A stretch of 59,043 bases of DNA, the filler included. It is 8 parts of 8 records of this genome, joined end to end, with 100 filler letters (N's around TTAATTAATTAA, not from the genome) between each part and the next. Parts side by side here need not be neighbours in the genome. Positions count along the whole stretch, not along the records: positions 40,853 to 46,883 come from SRR31147125_95066; positions 46,984 to 53,618 come from SRR31147125_95090; positions 53,719 to 59,043 come from SRR31147125_95334; 5 more parts are not named here. The stretch is one strand, 5' to 3'. The notes under the pieces were generated by a model. It worked only from the letters and a program-made list of their open reading frames with translations, searched no databases and was not told the origin of the DNA. Made by a program: the position numbers and the translations under genes. Positions 42,117 through 54,499 of the stretch are shown here, one piece after another (the stretch's first letter is position 1; the number at the start of each line of letters is the position of its first letter).

Positions 42117-43769
42117 TTAATTTTCAGCGTCCTTAAAATGGACTTTAAGCCTTTTGGTCTGCGCATCACTCCAGCGTACAGGGTCACTCACGGCAACCCA
42201 GGCATCAATATAGCTGCTTGCTGAATAATTGTGCCCCACACCTTTCGGGACCTTGTCGGCCATGGGCAAGTCAAACAGCACCTGTAAAAACGTCACCATG
42301 GGAAACCATTTCAGATCAGGGCTGATATCCGGCCCCCGTTCGCTGAAGATCCAGTCCGGCTCACGAAAGTACAGATCAGGTGTAAAAAAAACCATGGGAT
42401 CGCTTGCGTATTGAATGTAGACCAGGCGCACCCTGCCCCACTTGGCTCCGGGAATATCCAGCGCATTTTCCTGGGCTGTAAAACGAATAAAGGAACTGTC
42501 CTCCACGAGTGGCTGCCACTGGGGTGAACCGGGTTTGCGGCTGCGCATCAGTGTGGGTGCATAGGTGCTTGGAAAAGGGGTGCCCGCAAAGACACCGCCC
42601 TGGATGGGATCCCGCAGTAACGAAGCAATTTCAATTGATGTCTCTGCGCCCAGCGCACCAAGACTCAGACCATGAATATATAAATCCGGGCGCGCATCCT
42701 TGGGCAATGTAGCCCAGTATTGATAGATCTTTTGAAACAAGCGCCGTGAATCGACCCTTACGCGGGCTGGATCCAGCAGCAAGGTCAGCCAACTTGGCAG
42801 ATAGGAATATTGTACCGTTACCATGGCGGTATCCCCCCTGTGCATGAACTCGAAAGGATCTACCCCGGAGGGGTCATGCCATCCGGTTCCCGTCGGCGTA
42901 GCCACCACCAGTTTGCTTCGCTCAAATCCGCCCACGCGAATCAACTCCTCCAAGGCAAGCGCTGAACGCTTTTCACCGGTTTTTGCACTGCGCAAACCAA
43001 CATAGACACGGATTGGGTCTCTGACATCTGTATCACCAAAATGCGCCGCAATGGAGGCCCTCGTGGGTCCCATACTAACGAAATTCTGGCCCCTGCGCCC
43101 AAGGCTGTCCCATGAAATCAAAGAGGTATCACTGCCTGTCTGCCATGGGTTAACAGGCCTTCTTACACCGGTATCCGTGAGTGCATCCGATGCGGCGTAG
43201 ATTTCGTCCATGGTGTTCACCAGATTTCGAATCACAAACTGGTTACTTAACGTCACCACGATCACAACAACAATGACCACACTGATCACATTAGTAATGC
43301 GCGGCGGGATGATTCGTTTCAAACGTCCTGCAATAAAGAAAAACAAATATTTAATGCACCGTGCAAGCAAGAGCAGCACCATTGCCAGTACAATGGCAAT
43401 CAGGGCCATGCTTATGATCCGGCCATCTTCTTGTTCAGGCAATCCCACGGCAAGGCGTAATTCGTTTTGCCATTTGTCAGACAAAAACAACGAAACAGAG
43501 AGTATCACCATCACAGCAGCTGACACAATGTAATGAAACATACGAAGCGCACGGCCGGTAAGCGCAGGCAGTTGCATATAGTGCCATAGCACTACAATAA
43601 CTACCCCCACGCCGTATCCAAGGATCATTGCACACCCCGAAAGCAGGCCTTGCAGAACAAACGGTCTTGGAATCATCGACGGTGTAAGGGAAAGACTGAA
43701 AAATAAACTTGCAGCGATTACACCGATATAAGACTGCGCTTGCAAAAATGTGGCAATAAAAGATCGCAT
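42117..43769 (-). CDS. Membrane alpha/beta-hydrolase (Abhydrolase_9 family)
   Basis: SLTPSMIPRP, PIRVYVGL, VATPTGTGW, HGLSLGA, SDPMVFF, GVGHNY. Confidence 0.85.
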   Translation of the reverse strand: MRSFIATFLQAQSYIGVIAASLFFSLSLTPSMIPRPFVLQGLLSGCAMILGYGVGVVIVVLWHYMQLPALTGRALRMFHYIVSAAVMVILSVSLFLSDKWQNELRLAVGLPEQEDGRIISMALIAIVLAMVLLLLARCIKYLFFFIAGRLKRIIPPRITNVISVVIVVVIVVTLSNQFVIRNLVNTMDEIYAASDALTDTGVRRPVNPWQTGSDTSLISWDSLGRRGQNFVSMGPTRASIAAHFGDTDVRDPIRVYVGLRSAKTGEKRSALALEELIRVGGFERSKLVVATPTGTGWHDPSGVDPFEFMHRGDTAMVTVQYSYLPSWLTLLLDPARVRVDSRRLFQKIYQYWATLPKDARPDLYIHGLSLGALGAETSIEIASLLRDPIQGGVFAGTPFPSTYAPTLMRSRKPGSPQWQPLVEDSSFIRFTAQENALDIPGAKWGRVRLVYIQYASDPMVFFTPDLYFREPDWIFSERGPDISPDLKWFPMVTFLQVLFDLPMADKVPKGVGHNYSASSYIDAWVAVSDPVRWSDAQTKRLKVHFKDAEN

Positions 43770-43991
43770 ATGCTAAACTTGGGCCTTTCGTTCTGTTTTA
43801 GTATTCAAAACTTGCATTTATCCGGACCTTTTGTAAACATCGGAACGCCGAACAATGTGTTTTATCAAAAGGACAGATTCTGGCCGGACAGTTTGACCTG
43901 CGGCTTGCCAAAATGGCATCATGCCACAAGATCAAAGCAATCCAAGCTTTCCATGATTAATATTAAAACAACCCTACTCCACAATAGCAAA

Positions 43992-44051
43992 AAAGAACGT
44001 TGCTAATCAGCCGAGCGGCTTTTTGCGTCGGCTGCATTAGTTTTGTTATAC
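43992..44051 (-). mobile_element. Integron attC site
   Basis: Minus strand: GTATAAC-AAAAC-TAATGCA-GCCGACGCAAAAAGCCGCTCGGC-TGATTA-GCAAC-GTTCTTT, 60 bp, close relative of 41483-41542. Confidence 0.88.
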
Positions 44052-44052
44052 A

Positions 44053-44840
44053 CTATATTATACCTTTAATTTTAAGGCCTTCCATTGTGATTTCTTTCCG
44101 ATAAGTAGCATCGCTTTTTTTGTCAATGTCCAAATTTGTGGCAAAAAACCATATCTTTTGATCGGTTTCAACATAGCCAACATACCAACCATGTTGATTT
44201 TTTATTCGCATCGCCCATCCGGTTTTTGCACTAATGGTATATCGAGAATTTTTTCAACAATCATAATCTTTTTTAATAGCTGAATATGATTCTTTTTGTA
44301 TGGCAAATCATCTTTATAAAGCTTCTTTAATAATTCGATTTGCTCTCGTGCTGATATTGTTAATTCACCTTCCAACCAGAACGTTGTTACCTCAGAACCT
44401 GTTTTCTTATTTCCATAATTCAATCTATCAAGATGAAATAGATACGTGGAATTTCCAATACGCGTAGCCAACTCCTGATAGAACCAAACACATGATATAG
44501 GAAATGCGGTTTCAAGTGACTGGTCTTTGTTCCATGGGCTCCATCCTTTATCTTTTCCATCCCACTTGATTATTTCCTTTTCGTTGACAATAGCCCCTTC
44601 CTCAAGTGCTATAAGGGTGTTTGGGATTTTAAATGTAGAAGCCGGCAGAAATCTTTTTTCTGAACGTGCTTTATTGCACAAATATTCAGTTCTACCATCT
44701 AAGGATGAAATAAGCATGGTTCCTTTTATATTACGCTCACTAAATAATTTTGCTAAATCAACATCTTCGGCATTTACGGTGCCAATAGTGAGTAACGTAG
44801 AGATTATGATTAAAATTGCTTTGGCTTTAACTCGTATCAT
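44053..44840 (-). CDS. blaOXA: Class D (OXA-like) beta-lactamase cassette gene (frameshift at 44249-44254)
   Basis: Signal peptide, PASTFK, SCV, YGN, FWLEG; one extra A restores SAKTGW...GWYVGYVE...FFATNLD to a TAG next to attC. Confidence 0.88.
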
Positions 44841-45139
44841 GTTGGTATTCCTTTTAAAAATGCGTGTACAGATCCGGGTACCACTCCTGATTCAATAGTT
44901 AGCCAGATACCATGTTTATTTGAAGGGATATCCCGATCCGGTTATTCCCTGATATCGTACAAATTCCTTATCAGACATTTACCTGCCGAACAATGTAATT
45001 TCAAACGGTCGGTTAAGACCTGCAGGATTTACAGGCGTTCAGATTTGTCTGGGCGACCAGGCCCCAGTGCGGGTGGGCGCTGGAGTGGCGTAAGGCCTGT
45101 CGACGGCCAGGACGGCAATGGCGGCAGGCCGCTCGCTGG

Positions 45140-45164
45140 ATTCCCGATCAGGACGATCGGGAAT
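45140..45164. repeat. REP-like hairpin
   Basis: ATTCCCGATC-AGGAC-GATCGGGAAT perfect 10-bp stem. Confidence 0.65.
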
Positions 45165-45276
45165 GCTTTAACGGAAGGGTCCACCTGTGCCGGGGCCGGG
45201 TGACACCCGAAAAAAATGCCGCTAAATGCGCTTTACGCGCTTTGTTCCGTTGCCCATTCCATAACCGGATTCCCCC

Positions 45277-45963
45277 TTATAGCCGGAGATCTGAAAAAAC
45301 ATCCCGGCGGTCCAGCCATTCCTCCCCTGCCCGGTCCCGGGTGAACAACAGGCCCAGGCCAGCCACAAATCCCACCTGGAAAGAGGGAAAGCCCCGGGCT
45401 GCCAGCACCTTGATAAAGATAGAAGAATACATATCCGTACTGGCCCTGTACAAGGGGAAACAGGGGACCTGGACCTCCTGTTTTCCGTCAAATCCCTGCT
45501 TGCAGACCGACCGGTCCGTTGAATGATAGGCCCGGCAGGAAAAGGGGCGGATATCGTAGATCAAACAACATCCACTGGGATCCAGGAAGGGACAGGGGGT
45601 CTGGGTTTCGCGCCAGAAGTCTTCGGTCAGGGGATTGCCCTGGGCCAGGATATCCATGACCCGGGCCTTGATCCGTGCCAGCTCCCCGGGGGCCGTCCCG
45701 GCCGTGAATTCATCAAAGATCACCAGAAGCTCGGGAATGGAAACCCCCACCCTTAAATGGCAGCAATGGGCGCACCCGGCCCTGCAGGCCGCATCCCCGG
45801 GCAGATCAAATACCCTGAGGGTAAAATCCGCCATGGCCTTTCCCAGAACGGGAAGGCTGACACCGTAGGTATCCAGCAACCGGTCCAGGCCCAGGGCCGC
45901 CTTTTCCATATGGGCGGCCAGCAATTGCCTTGCCCTGTCCGGGTCCTGACTTGGGTCATTCAC
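45277..45963 (-). CDS. YkgJ-family cysteine-cluster protein
   Basis: CRAGCAHCC, CPFL...C.IYDIRPFSCR. Confidence 0.85.
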   Translation of the reverse strand: MNDPSQDPDRARQLLAAHMEKAALGLDRLLDTYGVSLPVLGKAMADFTLRVFDLPGDAACRAGCAHCCHLRVGVSIPELLVIFDEFTAGTAPGELARIKARVMDILAQGNPLTEDFWRETQTPCPFLDPSGCCLIYDIRPFSCRAYHSTDRSVCKQGFDGKQEVQVPCFPLYRASTDMYSSIFIKVLAARGFPSFQVGFVAGLGLLFTRDRAGEEWLDRRDVFSDLRL

Positions 45964-45995
45964 CTCGATACCTCCTTATCCAAAGGTTCAGGGGC

Positions 45996-46883
45996 CTATC
46001 GCCCCTTTTTCCGTGGCTTGGCCCGGGCCGTGGCCTGGGCGCAGGCCGGGTCGTCGGGCCAGAAATGCTTGGGATACCGGCCCATGAGATCCTTTTTCAC
46101 CTCTTTGTAGGTATGGTGCCAGAACCCTTCAAGGTCCCGGGTAATCTGGACCGGCCGGGAGGCCGGAGAAGAGGTGGAGGGTCAAAGGGACCTTCCCCCG
46201 GGCAATGGCAGGTGTGGTGGAAAGGCCGAACATCTCCTGGATCCGGACCGCCAGAACCGGGGAATCCAAAGGCCCGGAATCATCGGCGTACCGTACGGGG
46301 ATCCTGGATCCCGAGGGGACACGGATGTGGGTGGGGGCGTGGGTCTCCACGGCCCGGATCTGGTCCCAGGAAAGCAAGCCCTTGAGCGCCCCGTCCAGAT
46401 CCAGATTCCCCAGGCCGGCGGCCGAGGAAATCCCCCAGAAAAGGGCCCAGCCATCGATCCAGGTTCCGGGCCAGGGCCGGGTCTGAAAGGTCCGGCAGGG
46501 CCTCAAAAACCGGGTCCGTCTTCCCCAGGGTTTTCAAAAACACGACCCGGTTCCTGAAATCGGTTAATGGGCGGGTCCAGGGCAGGATCCTAAGCCCGGT
46601 GTCCTGAATGGCCCGGATCAGGGTTCTTTGGACCTCTCCGGGATCCGGGCTGGGCTGGGGGTGTTCATCCAGCAAAATCCTGCCGTACCGGGTCCGGGTA
46701 ACAGCCTTTACAGACCGGGTCTTTTCATCCCAGACCACGGTTTCCTCGGTCCTGATCCCGGACAAAAAATCCCTTTCCAGGTCGGCCCGGTCATAGGCGG
46801 CCGCCATGAAAATACCGGCGCTTTTGGGATGGCCGTCCAGATGAACCGCCACAATAAATGCCTTGCCTGACAGAGAATTGGGG
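45996..46883 (-). CDS. hrpB: ATP-dependent helicase HrpB, C-terminal part (5' truncated, several frameshifts)
   Basis: APTHIRVPSGSRIPVRY, LAVRIQEMFG, RPVQITRDLEGFW..TYKEVKKDLMGRYPKHFWPDDP. Confidence 0.85.
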
Positions 46884-46983
46884 NNNNNNNNNNNNNNNNN
46901 NNNNNNNNNNNNNNNNNNNNNNNNNNNTTAATTAATTAANNNNNNNNNNNNNNNNNNNNNNNNNNNNNNNNNNNNNNNNNNNN

Positions 46984-48251
<1,268 letters not shown>

Positions 48252-48507
48252 GATTGTTTTGCCTTTATTCTTAAGGAGACTTTCGAACCCGGGCCTGCGG
48301 CTTAAAATAGGGAATCTTGGCTGGACTTGTCAAGCACTCCCATCAAGGCTTTTTGATGGGTGCCTTTGATTGGGCAATGGATTGTGATATGTCTTTGATA
48401 AGAATACAAAAGGCTGCTTTCCCCTGTTGTTTTAATTGAACCGGTCCCGGGTCCAGTCTTTCGTTAAAGCCCCATGGCAGCCTGCTTGTCTGAACCAAAG
48501 AGGAGGC

Positions 48508-49251
48508 ATGAGTCTAAAAAAAAGAAATATTGCCCTTGTATTGGTGGGTTTGGCAATGGGGGTCTGGGCTGCTCCTGCCCCGGCCCAGGAGCCCTTACAC
48601 CTTGTCTATCCCGAATTTTATCCCTTTTTTGAAAGACGGGCTGACGGTACCCCCAGGGGATTTTTTTACGAGATAGTGAGCCAGGCCCTTGAAGAGCGGA
48701 TGAAAATACCGACCCATTGGCAGATCCGATGCCATGATCACCGTGCCCACGGCGGAGCGTCTGACCTATACCCGGACCCATACCACCCCCTGTACATCAA
48801 AACCCTGAGCCTGTTCACCTATAAGGGCCATCGCAAGCTGGCACAGATAGAGGCCGTGACATCCCCTGCCGATATCCTGGCCGGGGGATTGAGTGTCATT
48901 ACATACAGCGGCAACGGCTGGCACAAGGACAATATAGTGAGTTTGGGGATCCCAAGCCTTGAAGTCTCCCAGGTCCACCTGGTCTGGAAGATGCTGGCCG
49001 CTTACCGGGGGGATCTGGTCATCGAATGGCCAAAGGGGGCCTATGCCGGCATGGAAAAGTCCGGTGTCAGGGAAAAGATCCTGGAAACCTCTGCCCGGCT
49101 CAAGGGCATGAAATTTCATCTGTTTATCGGAAAAGACTCGCCTTATGTCTCTATCCTTCCCCGATTTAATAAGGTCATCAAGGCCATGATGGCCGATGGT
49201 AGCATGCAGCAGATCATCACGGCCTATACCGGTGAGTCGGGGGGAGGGTAA
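48508..49251 (+). CDS. Polar amino acid ABC substrate-binding protein (family 3), internally damaged near 48720-48790
   Basis: Signal peptide, YPEFYPF, GFFYEIV, MLAAYRGD, FNKVIKAMMADG; DAMITVPTAERL appears out of frame. Confidence 0.75.
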   Translation: MSLKKRNIALVLVGLAMGVWAAPAPAQEPLHLVYPEFYPFFERRADGTPRGFFYEIVSQALEERMKIPTHWQIRCHDHRAHGGASDLYPDPYHPLYIKTLSLFTYKGHRKLAQIEAVTSPADILAGGLSVITYSGNGWHKDNIVSLGIPSLEVSQVHLVWKMLAAYRGDLVIEWPKGAYAGMEKSGVREKILETSARLKGMKFHLFIGKDSPYVSILPRFNKVIKAMMADGSMQQIITAYTGESGGG

Positions 49252-49291
49252 TCTCCAGGGTGGCATACTATATCCAGGCCCTGGGTCGTCA

Positions 49292-51489
49292 TCATGCAGC
49301 AGGCAGGGTGCAGCCGCAGACCAGAGAAAGCATGTCTTCCGGGGCAGTGGGCCGGGCATAGTAATAGCCCTGGGCCTTTTGGCATCCCAGGTGGGCAAGG
49401 GTGGCAGCCTGCTCCGCGGTTTCCACCCCTTCGGCCACTGAGGTCAGGTTCAGGCTTTTGGACAGGGAGAGGATGGATCTGACAATTTCAAGGCTTTCCC
49501 CCTGGCGTCCATGGCCCGGATAAAGGAGCGGTCAATCTTGATTTGGTTTACGGGAAATTGCTGGAGATAGGACAGGCTGGAATAGCCGGTGCCGAAATCG
49601 TCGATGACCAGGGAAAATCCAAGTTTTCTCAGGGTTTCCATTTTTTTGACAGCAGATTTGGTATGTTCCATGAGCAGGGATTCGGTAATCTCCAACTTGA
49701 TGTCCGAAGAGCAGAGACCGGCGGCTTTGACGCTTCTAAGGAGGCGGCCGGTAAAGTCAGGCTCCAAAAAATGGCGGACCGAGATATTGATGTTCATGCT
49801 CAACTCCGGGCGATAGGCTGATTGCCAGGCGGACAATTGGCGGCAGGCCGCGTCAATGATCCACTCACTCATGGGAATGATCAGCCCGGTTTCCTCGGCA
49901 ATGGGGATGAACTGGTCCGGAGGGATCATTCCCCGGTCAGGATGCTGCCAGCGCACCAGGGCCTCAAATCCTTCAATCCCTCCGTCCTCCACCCGGACCA
50001 GGGGCTGGTAGTGGAGCATGAGGCGCTCTTGATCCAGGGCTTTTCTCAATTCAGTCTCCGTTGTTACAGATGTCATCAACTCTTCGTGCATCCGGCTGGA
50101 GAAGAATTTGAACTGGGCCTTTCCCGAATCCTTGGCATGGTACATGGCCAGGTCCGCGTCCCGGATCATCTGGTTGGCATTTTCATAGGGGTCACCTCCG
50201 AAGACAATGCCGATGGATGCGGAGATGCGGACTTCGTGCTCTTCAATTGTGAATACGGATTCCGCAGCTTTCCTGATGCGGGCGGCAATGGTCTCCACCT
50301 CGGCCCGGTCCCCAATGCCGGAGAGGAGCAGGGCAAATTCATCCCCCAGCCGGGCCATGGTGTCCTGGGTCCGCAGGTGGTTGCGGATTTCTCCTGTGAC
50401 CAGTTGGAGCAGGGTGTCCCCCGCCTGGTGCCCCAGGCTGTCGTTGACACTTTTAAACCGGTCCAGATCCATGAGCAGGACGGCAAATTGATACGCCGGG
50501 GATTTTTTTTGCCGTTCAATGGCGCAGTCCAGGCGCTCGGTAAAGAGAAGGCGGTTGGGGATGCCGGTGAGGGCGTCGTGGAAGGCCTGGTGTTTGAGCT
50601 TTTCCTCAAAGAGTTTGCGCTGGGAGATGTTCTCGTAAAAGACAAACACCCCCTTGACCTCATTGTTGATTTTTACGGGGAAGGCCATGGCTGAGACGTG
50701 GATCTGAAACCCGTCTTTGTGAAAGCACCGGGTTTCCATGGAGACGCTGCCTCGGGTCAGGGCGTCCTGGATTAAGGCTTTGTGCTCGTTTTTGAAGGAC
50801 TCGTTGACAGAGAAGCTGCCGGTCTCCCGGTTAATGATCTGCTCCTCAGTATATCCCACAAGGCTGGCAAAGCTTTTGTTGGCGTTGATGATGTGATTGT
50901 CCGGCCCCACCAGGATGATGCCGTGGGGGGAGTTCATGAACAACTCCCTAAAGTAGGTCTGGTTCCGTCGGGCGGATTCCCGGTTGGATTCCAGGGTCCT
51001 GGCAGTTTTATCCAGTTTTTCCTTTTCCTGGGCCAGGGCCTTTTGGGAGGAGGCAACCTGGCTGGCCTTCCGGGCCACCATTCGGGCCAGCTGGTCCCGG
51101 TAGCGCTTGAGTTCCAGCTGGGATTTGATCCGGGCCAGGGTTACCGAGGCTGTCACCGGTTTGCGGATATAGTCCACCGCCCCCACATTAAACCCAAACG
51201 CCTCGTCCTCTTCATCATTTTTAGCCGTGACAAAAATCACCGGGATGTTAGCGGTTTTTTCATCGGCCTTGATTCTCTTGGCCACCTCGTAGCCGTCCAT
51301 TCCGGGCATCATGATGTCCAAAAGGACTAAATCCGGCGGGGCTGAGCATAGAATGTCCAGGGCCATGGGGTCGTTCACGGCCACACTGATATCATACTCC
51401 TGCATGAGGATGGCGCCGAGGACATCAATATTGGCCGGGGTATCGTCCACAATGAGGATGCGTTCTTTTCTGGTCTGGGTGTCAGTCAT
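49292..51489 (-). CDS. REC-PAS-GGDEF-EAL signalling protein (frameshift near 49500)
   Basis: DLVLLDIMMP, PAS, HDALTG.PNR, RLGDEF, FEALVRW, DDFGTGYSSL; other frame completes AEGVET...QGYYY to TGA at 49292. Confidence 0.9.
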
Positions 51490-51491
51490 GG

Positions 51492-53618
51492 TCAGCCGTT
51501 TTTTAAGGGGTTATCCGGGGGGAGGCAGGCGGCCCGGAGTCGTTCAAAGGTTTTTTTTGCGGCGGCAAAATCAAAGCGGCCGGCCTGGCCCTGGAGGAGA
51601 AAGGCCTCCTGTTCCCAGGGGGTCCCGGCCAGGGCCTGGGCAATCTGTTTTGAAAAAGCCTTGGCCCCAAGGCTGTGCTGGTCCAAAAGGAGGGTGAGTT
51701 CCGCCATCATTTCCGGCAGGCGGGGGTCGACCTCTTCCCGGGAGGGGGAGGCTGTTTCTCCAGTGGTGCCAGGTGTTTTCCTGTTGCCATCACCCGGGCC
51801 AGTTCCTTCCTGCACCGGTCCAGAGCAGGGGCAAGGGCCTGGGGATCAAGGGGGTGCATTGTTTTGACAAGGGATTCCTGGTCGGCCAGGGCAAGGGATA
51901 GGTCAACTGCCCCGATGTTTCCTGCATTGCCTTTTAGCTGGTGGAGTAGGGTCAGGAGGGCCTCCTTGTCTTGGTCCCGGATAAGGCCGTGGAGGGTCTC
52001 AATGAGGCGTTCATGTTCCCGGGTGAACTCCAGGATCAGTTCCGTGAGCAGAGATTGATTGCCCCGAAGTCTCTCCAAAGCGGCGGAGAAATCTATCCCT
52101 GGCAGCGTTTCAAAAAGAACCGGACCAGGATTGCTGTTCCCGGTGTCCCCATGGGACGGCAGGGGGCGTACCGGTTTTTGAATGCATGTTTCCAGGGTAC
52201 GAAACAGGGTGGCCGCATCCACGGGTTTGGTGATATAGGCGTCCATGCCTGCCTCCATGCCGCCCCGGCGGTCCTGGGCCATGGCATTGGCGGACATGCC
52301 GATAATTTTTGTCTTCAGGCCCCTGGCCCGGATTTCCCGGGTGACCTGGTATCCGTCCATATCCGGCATTTGGATGTCCATGAGAACAGCGTCAAAGGTT
52401 CCGGCATCCAGTCGGGCCAGGGCTTCTTTGCCTGCCGAGGCCAAAGTCGGGCGAATACCGGCGGTTTTAAGGATTTGTACTGCCACCTTTTGGTTCATCC
52501 CATTGTCCTCTACCAGGAGAATCTCCGGTGCCTGGGGCATGCCTTCTGGCAGGGTCTCGCATGGGGATAACGCACCCGGATGCAGGCAAAGATCCATGAT
52601 AGAGTCAAAGAGGAGGGATTGTTTGACCGGTTTGAGCAGGAAGCGGTCTGCCCAGTCCGGAAGGGCAGCCTTAGTGGAGGGCCTGGCGCTGCCCACGGCG
52701 ATGACCGGCAGGTTTCGCTCGGATTTTATCCGGGCCGCCAGCAGGCCCGGGTCTGCATCAATCAGGTCGGCATCCACCAGGGCGAGCATGCTGTCGGCAT
52801 CTTCCCCGCTCTTTGTCGAATCGCCCTCATCGGAAGAATGAATCTCCCGGGCAATAAGGTTGAAATCCGTGAGATAGGACTTGATGATTTTCCGGGTGGT
52901 GTGATGGGGGACGGCCAGGAGGACCTTGCCCCCGGACAGGCCCTGGGGCAAAGCGGCCAGGATTCTGCGGTCCGGACTGCCCGAGGGCATCTCAAGAACA
53001 AAGGAAAAACAACTGCCTTGACCCGGGCTGCTTTCCACGGAAATATCCGAATCCATGAGCCGGATGATTTCTTTTGAAATGGCAAGCCCCAGGCCAGTGC
53101 CCCCGAACTTCCGGGTGGTGGAACCGTCTGCCTGGTTAAAGGCTGAGAACAGGGTCATTTGGGTCTTCTCATCCATGCCCAGTCCCGTGTCCCGGATGGC
53201 GAACCGCAGGTGGTCTGTACGGTTCGGCTCCGGCTGGACGGAAAGGTGGACCTCCCCATGCTCGGTGAATTTAAAGGCGTTGGATAAGAGGTTGACCACC
53301 ACCTGACGCAGGCGCAGGGGGTCTCCCATGACCGTGCCCGGCACCTCCGGGGAGATGTCCAGAATAAATTCAACCCTGGATTCCCGGACCTGGCCCCGGA
53401 AGAGGTCTGCCGCCTCATCCATGAGATCTCTGAGACGGAGGGGTATGGTTTCCAGAACCAGTTTCCCTGCATCCATTTTTGAAAAATCCAGGACATCATT
53501 GATTATTTTTAACAGGGACTTGGACGCGGTGTTGATCACGGAGAGGTATTCCTGCTGCCCGGGATCCCGGTTGGCTTTCAGGGCCAGGTCGCTCATGCCG
53601 ATGATGGCGTTCATGGGG
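51492..53618 (-). CDS. Hybrid sensor histidine kinase HisKA-HATPase-REC-REC-HPt (5' truncated, frameshift near 3' end)
   Basis: PMNAIIG, NLLSNAFKFT, DTGLGM, GGTGLGL, LMDIQMP, HQLKGNAGNIG. Confidence 0.9.
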
Positions 53619-53718
53619 NNNNNNNNNNNNNNNNNNNNNNNNNNNNNNNNNNNNNNNNNNNNTTAATTAATTAANNNNNNNNNNNNNNNNNNNNNNNNNN
53701 NNNNNNNNNNNNNNNNNN

Positions 53719-54498
53719 TCTAATGGTGCAGGTAAAACAACCACTATAAGAAACCTGATGGGCTTTACAAATGCAAGCAGTGGAAGTGCAGCAATTAGTG
53801 AAAAGGAATGCAGACAAAATGCAGCAGAACTACAAAAAACTATCGGCTATCTTCCAGGTGAAATGAACATGCTTGATTATATGACAGGTATGGAATTTTT
53901 AAAGTTCATGGGAGACATGAGAGGTCTAAAGGATACAACACGCAGAGATGAATTAATAAAAAGATTTGACTTGGACGCAAGCGGTAAAATAAAAAAAATG
54001 TCTAAGGGTATGAAGCAAAAAATCGGAATTATTGTAGCTTTTATGCATAAACCTAAGGTATATATTTTGGACGAACCTACAAGCGGACTTGATCCATTAA
54101 TGCAGAATGTATTTATGGAGTTAATTAAGGAAGAAAAGAAAAAAGGTAAAACAATATTAATGTCATCACATATTTTTGAAGAGGTACAAAAAGTATGCGA
54201 TAGAGTGGGAATAATTAAAGACGGTAAAATAGTAACGGTTCAGGATATTGCTCAACTAAATTCAGTTAATACAAAAACTTTTGTAATAAATTTGGGTAAC
54301 AAAAAGGACGTAAAGGCAATATTAAGTAGCGACTTTATCACCAAAAAAGTGGATGACTATACTGTTAAAGTTTCTGCATCATATCCATTTAATGATTTTT
54401 ACGTACTGCTGTCAAAGTGCGATGTTAAATCATTGGAAGTTGAGCATGTAACGCTTGAAAATATGTTTATGAAGTACTATGAAAATGAGGAAAATTAA
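53719..54498 (+). CDS. ABC-2 exporter ATP-binding protein (5' truncated)
   Basis: NGAGKTT at the contig edge, MSKGMKQK, ILDEPTSGLDP, SSH. Confidence 0.92.
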   Translation, partial: SNGAGKTTTIRNLMGFTNASSGSAAISEKECRQNAAELQKTIGYLPGEMNMLDYMTGMEFLKFMGDMRGLKDTTRRDELIKRFDLDASGKIKKMSKGMKQKIGIIVAFMHKPKVYILDEPTSGLDPLMQNVFMELIKEEKKKGKTILMSSHIFEEVQKVCDRVGIIKDGKIVTVQDIAQLNSVNTKTFVINLGNKKDVKAILSSDFITKKVDDYTVKVSASYPFNDFYVLLSKCDVKSLEVEHVTLENMFMKYYENEEN

Positions 54499-54499
54499 A

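Noticed and set aside
50335-50355. RLGDEF as a naturally degenerate GGDEF site
   Set aside because: The missing Gly falls in a G homopolymer in an indel-rich contig; probably run-length error
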